From Tricharina praecox (taxonomy: Eukaryota): DNA of 39,094 bases. Positions 21,976 through 33,341 of the stretch are shown piece by piece. Position 1 is the stretch's first letter; the number at the start of each line of letters is the position of its first letter. Below the pieces are notes generated by a model, which did no database searches, had not been told where the DNA came from, and worked only from the letters and a program-made list of their open reading frames with translations. The DNA lies in contig NW_026250429.1 in the NCBI RefSeq assembly GCF_024521635.1, forward strand, positions 496,001 through 535,094, in the 5' to 3' direction. A program made the position numbers and the translations under genes.

Positions 21976-24900
21976 TTAGGTGTGCCCATTGACCTTCTCC
22001 TTCTCCTTGCCCGCATCCTCTGCCACAGCCTCCGGTACCGTCTCCGCCGCCGCCACCTCTGTCGCAGCCTCCGACTCGCTATCCGATTCCTCATCATCGT
22101 CGTCCTCTTCGTCGTCGGACTCCTCCTCCTCAGACTCCGCCGCGTCCATCTTCTGCTTCAGCTCCCAAATATCTTTCCTCGCCTGCTCCTCGCGGGCAAT
22201 GCGGAGCCTTTCGGCCTCCTCGACACCGCCGGTCTTGCGCAGCTTATTTTCCTCAACGAAAGCGCCCAGCTCCTTCTGGAAAGCGGGGACGCGGCCCTCG
22301 AGTTCCTTCTGGCGGGCCTTCTCTGCACGCTCGATGGCTTCGAGGCGGCTCTCGTGGTTCGGCTGGAGGGCGCGGACTTCGCTCAGGACGCTGACTTTCG
22401 CCTCCGTCGGGTTGAGCGGGTCGTCAAGGACACCCGGAAAGCCCCTGGGGCCCGCGTTGCGCGCGCCAGCGGCGTTCGCCTTGAGTTGCTGCTCCGAACA
22501 CTGCTCGACTAGCACGAAGGTTTGCGACGCCTTCTCCAGGTCGTCCTCCAGATCATTAATCAGGTTCTCTTGCATGCTGAAGAATTCCTGTTCCTCACAG
22601 ACGACTTCGAGTTCCCTTTCCCAGACCCGGCGGAAGAGTGGCTTTTCACGCTTAATGTAGTCGGCCATCTTCTTAAGTTCGGCCTTTGCCATTGCGAGCT
22701 CTTTCGATACGGCTTCGAGTTGGCGCGGCAGCGGACGAACGCCACGGAGAACGACGTCCTTACGGAGGTCCTCGACTGTGTCTTGGAGGTCATCGACGCG
22801 GGTGACGAGGTTGTCAGCGTCGCCGCCGAGAACGGCTTTGCCCTTTTCGACGTAGACGCGGCCCTCGTTGCCGCTGGTGACGGCTTTGGCGGCGACTTGC
22901 TTGACCGCGGTGGCCTTGGTCTTGACGGTGTTCATGGACGTGTTCATGTCGGCGACGAACGTGGAAAACACTTGACGTAGCACGGCCAAATCCCTCCGTA
23001 TGTCCCTCACTTCATTGAGCTTTGTAGCTGCGTCTCCTGGCGAAAGAACGTTGTTGGCTGCAGCCGCAGGAGACTTCGAAGCGGCCGTGGCGGCGGCGGG
23101 AGTAGGAGCTGGTGGTGGCACTACTATTGGCGGCGCAACGGAAAGTTCCGCAATCTTTTTGGCGGCCTCCTCCTGCCTCTCCGCGACGCGAGTCATCTGT
23201 AGTCCCTGTTGTTCCACGGAACCGGCCAAGTTCACCACGATCTTCTTGAGTCCCTCGAGCCCATCGTCGATATGCCGCTTCACCTCGTCCAGAACCTCGA
23301 CATTGAGACAGAGCACGGAGCGGTCCTTGACATCTTGTAGATCCTCAAGCTCGTAGCGCACGCCGGAAACCGGATCTTGCAGATAAATCTCCGGAAAATC
23401 ATCTCCCGATGGCGGATTGTAGTTGAATTTCGAGATGAAGAGAAGTCGCAGAGATGTCAACGATAGCTCGTCCAGATTATCCGGCAGGGCAACCTTCTTG
23501 ATCGATCGGCCCAACTGGAGGAACAGTGTGGTTTCCGAAGGCGTATTGCTCCGTTGCTCCGGCGAAGCGACGGCTGCCATCCCATTCATGACGGAGTCTC
23601 CGGTGGCGGATGACGGATACACAGCGACTGGCGAGTTGACATTGGTATCGATCTGGATATCCGGCCTCTCGGGTTTCCTAGCGAAAGCTGGGCCAACTGA
23701 TTCGTCGGGAGTCTGTGCGACCGGCGACGGGGCTGCCTCGAAATCCTTTTCTTCGGATATCCGGCGGGGATTTGTCGCTGGCGACTGGTCCTTTTTCGAT
23801 CTTATCGATCTGGCCCTGCCCGAGTGACGCTTCTGCACCGCATCCATCGACTCTCGGTTCCGAGGAATCACCGATGGATCCCGAGTTGGCAGCACCGGGA
23901 CGTCGCTCGCCGACTTTCCCGACAGCTTGGCGATCTGGTAGGCCTCGTACCGGCGCGACGCTCTCCGCTCCAGCGAGGAATGCTGCTGAAGGGCTGCCAG
24001 CGCATCCTGGGTGGGCGGCGTGGGCGGTGGGGGCAGGATTGTGTAGACCGGGCTCGGCGGCTCCGGCTCCGCTATCTGGGGAGGATTGTCGGAAGTAGGA
24101 TAAGGCGGTGTATTATCTTGCGCCGGCGGAGGAGGACCAACCGTAGACCCCTGAGAAGAGGAAACCGATGTGCTGTGCTGATGGGAGCTTCGCGAGCCAG
24201 TTGTCGACATTGAGCCACGCACCGATCCGGAAGGTGGCATTGCTGGTTGGGTGAGTGGTGAGTTTCGTTGGGTGTTCCCCCCTGGCAGCGATGAAGTTCT
24301 CGGCGGCGTCATCTCCTGCTGCTCAGCACTCGAACCACTAGCATCGCCGCCGCCCCCGCCGCTCGTTCGTGCCGAAGACGCAAGCGAGCTACTGGAACCT
24401 CTCGTGGCGCCCCCCGAGCTGCCCTCACCAATCTCCCTCGACTGCTTTTGACGTAGCTTCTGTTGCTTCCGCTTGAGACCGTGTAGTAGGTTGATGATAA
24501 TCTCCCGTATGCGCGGGAGGTACACATCCAAACTCTGCGGACTCGCATCCTGGCTCAGGGTATTCTCCAATATCGAGCGAAGAGAATCCGGCACATTCCC
24601 TAGATCTGCGGTCTCGACACCGATGGCGGTAAAAGCCCTGCAAGCGATGTTGAACTCGGACCCGAGTCGCACGTACACATCCGACACCTCCGCTTCCGTT
24701 GCCTGCTGGCGGGACCACGCCGTGAGGGTTTCGAGGAGCTGCTTGGTAGCCACGAGCAGATGCGTAACGGATTTCTCTATTGTAGACAACTATCGGATGG
24801 AATGTTAGTGACAGGGCGAGAGAAGCGACGAAGTGAGGGAAGCGAAGCGACGGAAGCCACAGCGGGTATTGCCGTGCGAGGGACAGATGGAATGTTCAGT

Positions 24901-25069
24901 CACCACCCACATTGACCTGGTTCCTGTGCCTCGGGCTTCGACTGGCCGAGCCGGAAGAGTTTCTAGACGCTGCCGACATCGAAGGATTTGCGGAGGAAGA
25001 GGTGGACGCGGATGACGCGGAGGGAGCAATTCTTGAGGACGGGGGGCGATGGTATGAGGTGTGTTGCAT
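21976..25069 (-). CDS. BUD6: Bud6/Aip3 actin-interacting polarisome protein, about 988 aa
   Basis: Exon 25069-24917 (donor GTCAAT; GTGGGT 6 nt further on is an in-frame alternative), then intron to the TAG at 24790 (branch CTAAC), then exon 24789-21976. Motifs: IEKSVTHLLVATKQLLETLTAWS, VSDVYVRLG, LERRASRRY, LFLQLGRSIKK, FPEIYLQDPVSGVRYELEDL, VDDLQDTVEDLRKDV, EVRALQPNHESRLEAIERAEK. Confidence 0.92.
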
Positions 25070-25640
25070 AACTTGCAAGGTGGTTGGCTGTTGGGGTGGG
25101 TTTGAGTCGGACGGGTAGCTGTGTGGCACCGCCGAGTGAGGGGAGGGAGGAAGCGTGTGTGAGGAAGCCCAAGTTTGGGATGTTTACAGTGTCGCGTGGA
25201 GACCGAAGAATGCTCAGTATCCGCAGTCGCGGTAAGGCACCTTGGTTTACAGGAAGTAGTAACAGAGGTGGTGGTGGGGGCAGAGAGGAGAATATGATGG
25301 TGGTTGGTGATGAAGATGGACTGGGGAGGAGTGAGATCGGAGTGGGTTGCGCCCGCGGACGATTCAGCCGCTTGATGTTGTACGAGTTTGTTACTAGTAA
25401 CTACTGGACCCCGGCCCCGCTCTCTTTTCCCCCACCCGCAACTTCAGCTGTTGCTTGTCGTGCACTACCCGTATATAGCGTAGTAGCGAGCAGTATCACG
25501 AGGCCCCAAAACCATACGACCTTTGAGAAGGAGTCGATCAATACGAGTAAAAGCCTAGAAGGGCTCTGGAAACATCATCGGATCAAAAGTTGGGATATGA
25601 TTATGCACCGGTATGTACATACTTGGCAGTAATGTCATGG

Positions 25641-25720
25641 GGGAAAGTTGAGGGCCAAGAAAAGGGCAAAGTGAAGGGCAAAGGGCAAAGTTAAGGGCAA
25701 AGTTAGTTCAGAGCAAAGTT
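25641..25720. repeat. Degenerate tandem repeat of AAGGGCAAAG(TT)
   Basis: aaagggcaaagtgaagggcaaagggcaaagttaagggcaaagttagttcagagcaaagtt. Confidence 0.75.
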
Positions 25721-27390
25721 TAGCGCAGAAGGTCCCTTGTACCGCATGCAGACCTGTGGGCGATATCTAGGTAAACTTGAGCTGAGTCTGAAGATTATCT
25801 ACGCTCTGCTTGCTCGCCCTGCACAGCACTGCAGAGCACTGTATACTGCATCTTGATATACAGCCAGGACAAAGAAGACAGCCCTCCTACAGACATGCGT
25901 AGCCCACCTCGAAAAGTCAGCCCCGGTTTGGCGTGCGCACTGAGCGGGAAGACAGAGGACATCTAGGTAATCTTGAGGCTGAGCACAACTGGCAGCAACC
26001 GTAATGTTGGACGATTGGTTTGTTCCGCTTGCTTGCTATCCCAGCAGGCTCGATAAGACCAGCTCTGCGGTTCTCGCCGGTCGACTTCGCATCGTATGTA
26101 GCATTTTACATAACTAAACCTCTGGCGGGGCCATTCAACGACAGAACCGCTTTACTCTCCTGTTACACTCCGGCCCCTCCAAGACGGAATCAGGCAGCTG
26201 GTGGCTGCTTAATGAGGATATATTCGGGCTTTGAGGCTTGCACTTCCAACGTCTGGCGTAAGTACTTGCCTGGATACCTTTGTACACAGGTATGTGAACT
26301 AGCCGGTCTTTAACGGGGCAGTACATGAGGAAGAGCATCTGGATATCGTGTGGCTACCTACATCGAGCTCGAATGTCCAGAACTCGGAGACCTGCTTCGA
26401 AGGGCAAGTAAGTACTTGGGTACGGTAGACAGCGAGGCGGATACTCCATCAGCAGGACCGCTTATCCCTCCATGTACATACCGTTTCCAAAACGTTTAAA
26501 TAGGGCGGTTCGTTTGCCAATGGCCTGTTTGCTGGAAGTAAGTACAATACTTGTGTAGAAATCTTCAACGAATGAGAGGAGAGTGCGAATACCTGTACAT
26601 TAGATGGGTACATACCTCTGGTGTCGGCTCCAATCAGCGTGGAGGAAGCCATCCCCCACCGACCGAGTTCTGCTCGGCCTTTCCCATGGTGACTTATGGG
26701 ATTTTTAACCTCTGTATTCCTGCGGAAACCCAGAAGCCACCCAGTCCGGTCGCTGTTGGAAATGTGACGGCTGAATCCACGTTTCTCTCTTCCTCGCAGT
26801 CCGAACGAGTGTATGTGATTCGTAGGGCAAGGCAGCGTATGCGAAACTGCGAGACGTTATAGTGAGTTCATGCACACGCACGAGCAGCGCAAGCATGAGT
26901 GGCCGTCGCAGCCCCCACTACAAGCTGCTGCCGCACACAGCAGCCAGGAAGACTGCCAGCCAGCCAGCCAGAAAGAGAGCTGCTGTTGCTGCTGCTTGCG
27001 CTTGGAGGTTGCTGGGCTTGCCTGCTTTCTTTTTTCCCGACAATGCTACTTTCACTCTAGCGAGTTGCACTGGCGCCCTCCCGAACGACATCAAACCACT
27101 CCATCGTCCTTCCACCTCACGACGACGAACGCTTCCACTCCATCCCAATCGCCCCTCTCTAGCCGCCAACTCTTCCTCCTCCACCAAACCCTCGTCGAGT
27201 CCTCCTTCACGATCGCCTTCGCAACCTCTGCAACCTCTGCTTGCACCACCCCTCCGCAACCTCTCCCACCCACCCCCCCGCACACTCCTCCCTCCCCGCG
27301 CTCTCTCCAAAGACGACAATCCTGTCGGACTTGCGCCCGGTTGTTTGATCTCACCTCGACGTCCGCATACTCTCCTTTACCTCTTAGAAC

Positions 27391-30300
27391 ATGGCGACAG
27401 CTACCTCGGCGGTAGCGAGTCCCGCTGCGCCTGCAAATACAGCTTCGAATCCAGCTGGCCGACCGCAGCTGAAGGGCTCGATAGGCGGGAACGCTGGCAA
27501 CAGTAACCACAACAACAACCGGAGATCGACCCAATCGCCCATCGACGGCGGTCAACAGAGGTGAGTCTGCTGGTGTGATGATTAAACTCTTGGATTTTTT
27601 TTTTGGTTATCGTTGCTGGGCGGTTGCTCTGGCTGGACTCGTGTCACTTTCTGCCCATCGTAACTTCTTTCTTTGTGGAGGAGAGAGAGAGAGACAGCCA
27701 GGTGCAGAGCAAAGCAAAAGCCCCAAAAGCTGTACTTGGTGTTGTGGCTGGCTCGCTTTATCTACTCTACCTACCACGCTGCCGCACGCTACAACGCTAC
27801 GTTAAAGTTGTTACCGCAACTAGTATAGTAGATCTAACCTACACTACACACCACCACCCCCCCTCCAATCCGCTACCTCACCCTTCATTTCTTTCTCCCA
27901 TCCCCGCCAATCGTAGCCTTCCTTCCCAAGGGCAATGCTTCAGCTTCATACACGCTGAACATTCCATCTTTACCAGCCTCTTCTCGGCCACAGTCGCTGA
28001 CATGTACAGGCGTAACTCTTCTCACAAGGGCTGGCAGTCGAATGCTGGCCAGCAAAAGTACAACGGCTCCCCGGCCCCTACTGCTTCGTCCTCGCCTACA
28101 CCCGGTCAAGCTATGAAATCACGGACAGCATCTTCCTCCGCTCACGGCGAGTCGGACACCCACGACAAGCATATGCATGACCGGACACTGTTCCTTCTCA
28201 CCAGACTCCTCGTAAGCTTTCTCCCCCCACCAACCCGCCGTCTGCTCAATCTGCTGCTTCAATCCGGATCGATGGATAGACTCCAGGCCTGATGGACAGA
28301 CTTCAATCAGCTGGTAGCTCGAATATCCTGACAGACGTGCGAACTCTAGGGCAAAGAAGTCACCGTTACCGTAAAATCCGGCGCTCAATACACGGGTATC
28401 TTGGTTGGTGCGGATCCTCGAAACCAGGATATCGGTGTTTCTCTCAAGTCGGTGAAGCTGCTCAAAGCTGCCCCCGGAGACCACGAAGAGAAAACCAAAG
28501 ACGGCGAATACATCGGTGGAAGCAAGGAGAGGGCGATGGTCTTTGAACCGAAAGATGTGGTGGACATCGCGGCGCAAAAGGTTGTTTTCGAGGTGGAGGT
28601 ACCGCACGCGCCGACGCTCCAGAATGGTATGGTTCACCCAAGTTCAGACTGAGCAGTAGCTCTCCTCGGAGCATCGTTTTCTAACGGTTATCCGATTCAC
28701 AGGGGCCTCAGGTGGATTCAAGACGGATACCGATATTTCGGCGAGTACAGTACCCCGCGCTACAAAGGAACTGCACAGATGGCAGCCGGATGAAACTGTA
28801 GGAGGTGGGCTCAGTCTGGAGGAACCAAACGCCGAATCCGGTCAAGGCTGGAACCAGTTCGAGGCCAATGAGCGCCTTTTCGGCGTCAAGTCCAATTTCG
28901 ATGAAGACATCTACACCACCCAGGTGGATCGGGATCATCCGGAATACCAACGTCGCGCTGCAGAGGCCGCTCGAATCGCAGCTGAGATTGAGGGAGCCGG
29001 TTCCCTGAATGCACACATTGCCGAAGAGAGAGGAATTGCTGCGGTTGACGACAGTGGAATGGACGAGGAGGATAAGTAAGTTCATGTTCTCATCCTCCCA
29101 CTACCACCCCTTTCGATCAATCGATCGTGCTGACTGGTGGACCGCCCGAAACAGATACAGTGGTGTTCAGCGAACCGTTCCCGTCGCGAATAACAATCCC
29201 AACAAGTACACACCGCCTGCACGTCGAGCTCCCTCCGCGCAATCTACTGTTCCCGGTGGAGCTCTGCAAGATCCAGCCATCATCGCCGCACAGCTGGCAC
29301 GCCCTGAAACGTCGCAACCGCAACAGAAGTCCCAATCAGCCCAGGCCACTCCTGCTGCCCAGCCCGGTCAACCAGCGAAGCCTTCGGAAGAGGGAGCTGC
29401 CAAATCAAGTGGAAGGCCTGGTTTGCCTGAGATTATCACGCCCAAGCGAAACCTACTCTCCGGCAGCCCCAGCCTCGGTAAACAAGGCGAGACGCCTGCG
29501 ATAGAGAAGGCTCTGAACGAAAATTTCAAGAATTTCGTATTGGTGGAGAAAGGCAGAGTCAAGAAGAGGCAGGCTGACATGGCCCACCGTGATCGGGAAT
29601 CAAAGCTTAGAGAGCTAAAGAAGTTCTCGGAGAATTTCACTCTGAAAACGGCTGTTCCTACCGACCTGGTCCCCATCCTGACGAAGGATAAGGCGAAACA
29701 GGCTGAGATCCTGGAGAAGACAAAAGCAGCTGCCGCCAAGGCTGCCACCGGTGGTGCCGGTACCCAGGCTGCTCCTTCGAGCGCTGGTACGCAGAGCACG
29801 ACTTCTGGCCCCCAGGGCGCATCTGGGGCTGGGAAAGTCCCCCCGCCAAATAGCTTTGCTGCCAAGGATCCGGAGCGTTTTAGACGTGAGACATCAGCCC
29901 TTCTCCAGAATTTCCCGAAGTATACCCCAGCAGCTACAACCGGGTTAGCCCAGAATGTCCGTCGTGTGCAACAAGACAAGAACCTGCCGGTACGGCCTCC
30001 TATGCCTGTGGCGGAACAGCATCGTCAACACCAGCAATTCCCACCTACTGGACCTGCGGCATCGAACCAGGCGCAATCCGCGGCGACTGGCCAGCAGCAG
30101 CAGCATCAACAGCATCAACAGCATCAACAGCACCAGCAGCATCAGCAACACCCGAGCGCCGCAAAGCGACTGAATGTGAATGCTCGGCCGTTTGAGTTTA
30201 GACCGAACCCTAGTGCAGCGACCTTCACGCCTACGTTTGGCGGACAGTCCACCAATGCAACTCCTAGCCCTACGTCTTCGGCCAACCATGCGAATCCCAA

Positions 30301-31927
30301 TCCCAACGTTGCATCCAGAGCTACAAGTCCCTCTCTTTTCTTTGGTAATAAAAGACTGAAGACCGACAAGGAGAGGCCTTCCATTAAGAATAACTTCAAC
30401 CCATTCGAGAAGATGAAGAAGGCCAAGGCCAATACCCCTGCACCCAGCTACGTGGAGCCCGCTGGCAATGCGAACGATTACATTGATATGCCATGGTTCA
30501 CGACGCCGACATGGCCTACGGCAGACGCAAACAAGGACAAGTCGTACAAAACCATGTTTGCCATCAAGGTTGAAATTGACCAGAGCGCCGTTCACTCGCC
30601 CCAGCCGCCGCACATGATGCCACCGCAGCCACACCATCCTCAGATGGCACATATGCCGCACATCAACCATCCGCCCCACGTGCCTCACCAACCACACCCT
30701 GGACAGATGCAGCAGCATCTTGGGATCCCCCAGCATTACGAACAGGACGCCCATCTCAGGCAAATAACATCACCTTCTGTGATACCCTCGCCGAGTCTCC
30801 ACACTGTAGCGATGGTTCCTTACCAATCACCGGTACCCCCCCCGTCGCAAATGGCTATGTACCCTGGCCAGCAAGGTGCAATGGGACAGTATCCTGGCGC
30901 TCCCGGAGGTCCGCAATTTGGCGGATACTACAATAATGGTTTCAGAGGAGCCGCAGGCAACCCGATGATGATGCATGGTCCCCAACCGGTCCCGTATCCA
31001 GCTGGGCAGATGGGCGGTCAGTTCGCGCAACACCCGCCGATGTACGGCTCGCCCCAGCAGCCGCAGGCGTATATGAACGGGCCACCTCCGCCAACCTCCC
31101 AAGGATTCCCTAGCCCCGGAAGGCCGGCGCCGACGATGATGATGCATCAAGGCTCCTCTCAGGGAACGCCGGGAGGAGCCCAGATGATGCCCTACGGCAT
31201 GCAGCCTGGACAAGGCGGACCGATGTACAACGCCCAAGGCCAACAGCCGCAGCAAAGTGAGTTACCCCCAACAGGCCCAGCTTGGTTGCCCCCGCGTTCT
31301 CAGTCCACTGTTCCCTACTCCATCTCCTCCCCCCGCGCACGCTACAGCCACATGTCTGGCCAGCCCTCTGTTCCTGCTGCTCCTGGTACTCCCTTGCTTT
31401 CTCCTGCTCTGGCCGCCTTCGCATCACCCACTTTGGCGCCTGTCCCTGGCTTTTCGTCGCAACCTCTCCAAAGGAGTCAGACAGCCAACAAGGCTCTGGA
31501 TGAGAGTCGAGGGGTTGGCCGTGGAAGGGGCGGTAAGGGTTACCATGGTGGCTATAGCGGCAACGGAGGGGGCCGGGGAGGCCGGGGTGGAAACATGAAC
31601 AACGCAGGTCCAATGCCTCACGTGCCCGGACGTCCGCAGGACAATACTTTGGTGGACACATATTCTAACGAGGGGTCAATGAATACAGTGGGAATGATGC
31701 GTGGCCAGCCACTACCGCCGCACCAGAACGGGCCACCGCCGCCTCAGTACTACCACGGTCCTCAAGGCCACTACCCCAACAACCGGGGTAACTACGGTGG
31801 ACCGTCGAACGGACCTCCTCCCCAGCAACAGCAGCAGCAACAGATGGCGCCGCCGCCACAGCCACAGCCACAGCAGCAGCCACCCCAACAACAGCAGACT
31901 GTTGAAGCCGGCGAGGACGGTAAATAA
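27391..31927 (+). CDS. PBP1: Pbp1/ataxin-2 family PABP-binding protein (LSm, LsmAD, PAM2, Met/Pro/Gln-rich low-complexity tail); 1120 aa fully spliced, 1264 aa if the last intron is retained
   Basis: Exons 27391-27560, 28010-28211, 28350-28626, 28703-29075, 29155-31256, 31689-31927 (3363 nt). Motifs: HMHDRTLFLL|GKEVTVTVKSGAQYTGIL (LSm), FKTDTDIS, KELHRWQPD, WNQFEANERLFGVKSNFDEDIYTT...AARIAAEIEG...HIAEERG...DEEDKYSGVQR (LsmAD), ELKKFSENFTLKTAVPTDLVPILTKD, and PAM2-like LNVNARPFEFRP. Confidence 0.93.
30092..30150 (+). repeat. CAG/CAT/CAA codon repeat encoding (QQH)n in Pbp1
   Basis: cagcagcagcagcatcaacagcatcaacagcatcaacagcaccagcagcatcagcaacac. Confidence 0.85.
31257..31688 (+). other. Frame-preserving, stop-free intron (exitron-like) in PBP1
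   Basis: Donor GTGAGT at 31257, branch CTAAC at 31665-31669, acceptor TACAG ending at 31688. 432 nt = 144 codons, and the ORF track reads straight through it. Confidence 0.75.
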
Positions 31928-32304
31928 GAGGGACAGCACAGGGCGGGTGGAGTGTCTTTCGGTGTGCACGACGGGGAGAAATAGGAAAGGGTAGGGGGAG
32001 GAGAGAAGGACTGGAAGAAAGAGGATGACAGATGGGACTCTGGTGGAGTAGGAGGCGTATGTGCGGGGGTCAATTCCATTTTTTTTTACTGTTCCTTCCC
32101 TTTCTCTGGTGTCTGTCTGAACTTTTTTTCTTCTTCTGTTTCTCTCCCACCGGACTTGGCTTTCTTCTTCTCTCTTATGTGTGCATACTCTGTGGGTGTG
32201 GGTGGGAGGGGAGGTTGGGGGCCGGGGCGTTGGTTTGTCTTGCTTCCGCTCGCTCATCTCTCTACTATTTTCCGTCGTTTCTAGGGTTCTGGTATTTTTC
32301 TACT

Positions 32305-32520
32305 GTGGATGGGATGGGATGGATGGGATGGATGATGAGTGTATGCGAATGTGACGGTCGACTGTGATGATTCCCGATGATCATGATGGGATGGGAAGGA
32401 TATCATTGGAGAACAGGATTGGATTGATTGAATGAGTGATGTGATGATGGCATGGGATGGGATGTGATGATTGCATGGGATGTGATAGGATGTGATAGGT
32501 TGGTGAAATGCGATGGGTGA
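32305..32520. repeat. GATGG/GATGT/TGATGA low-complexity repeat downstream of PBP1
   Basis: gatgggatgggatggatgggatggatgatg ... gatgtgatgattgcatgggatgtgataggatgtgatagg. Confidence 0.7.
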
Positions 32521-33341
32521 TATACCTACTTACATACTCTAAGTGGTTGCTTTTTCACGGAAGTAGGAACGATTGAACCTCCCCCGGGTTTTGAAGTAAA
32601 TGATGCGTTTAAGTAGACGATGCTGGGGCACCAGACCAGGACGGGCTGTTTGGGTACCTACGGTTTCGGGACGGGTAGTGTAATTGATGAAATCGAGAGA
32701 AGAGGCTGAGGGATCTACCTAGGCCGCTCCCACGTGTATAGTATAGTAGATGGGGCTCCCCCCAACGAACGCTGCGAAATCTAATGGTCAGTTCTACCAT
32801 GTCGGACGATCGTGGCCTACTGGAGAATTACGCCCGTCGACTTGTCCCCAACTACCTCCGTCGTGGCTAGGAGTACGGAGTTTGATACAATGCCATGCCC
32901 CGAACATGCGCATGAGACTTCACTAGTATTTCACTTTACAGCCGAGACGACGACGAGTCTTGAGATTGAGATGAGTGATCCAATATGACTACATACTCCC
33001 GATCCGCTGCTCCCAGCCGTCGATTCACGCCCACGATCCCAGCACTTCCGAAACGCAATCCAAGAAAGAAAGTCAAGGCAAGTAGAGCAAAAAGCAAAGA
33101 AATTCGTCAGGGCACGAGAGGGTATGTTGTAGTACAATGGGTCCGACGTCGTCACCATCTAAACAAAGCCAAAGGGGTATAAACGAAATCTCCAACCCCA
33201 CCTCCAACAGGTAGGTACACCATTCACCATTCATCGCCCAAAAACTAGACAAAACAGACAAACAAAAAAACAGAGAATAGACGAGAAACATCCGGCCAAA
33301 ACTCCCCCACCAACAGCAAAACAACCAAAAGAGAGAGAAAA

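Noticed and set aside
21980..24808. Long plus-strand ORFs antisense to BUD6 (and similar antisense ORFs over NUP133, SDR, PBP1, SGO1)
   Set aside because: Typical antisense shadows of GC3-rich coding sequence; no independent motifs.
27575..28349. C/D snoRNA in PBP1 introns 1 or 2 (GTGATGA at 27575; CTGA motifs)
   Set aside because: In intron 1 the boxes are about 380 nt apart, intron 2 lacks a canonical C box, and no rRNA-complementary guide was recognised.
32305..32520. Multiple TGATGA boxes suggesting a snoRNA cluster
   Set aside because: Embedded in GATGG low-complexity repeats, without D boxes or terminal stems.
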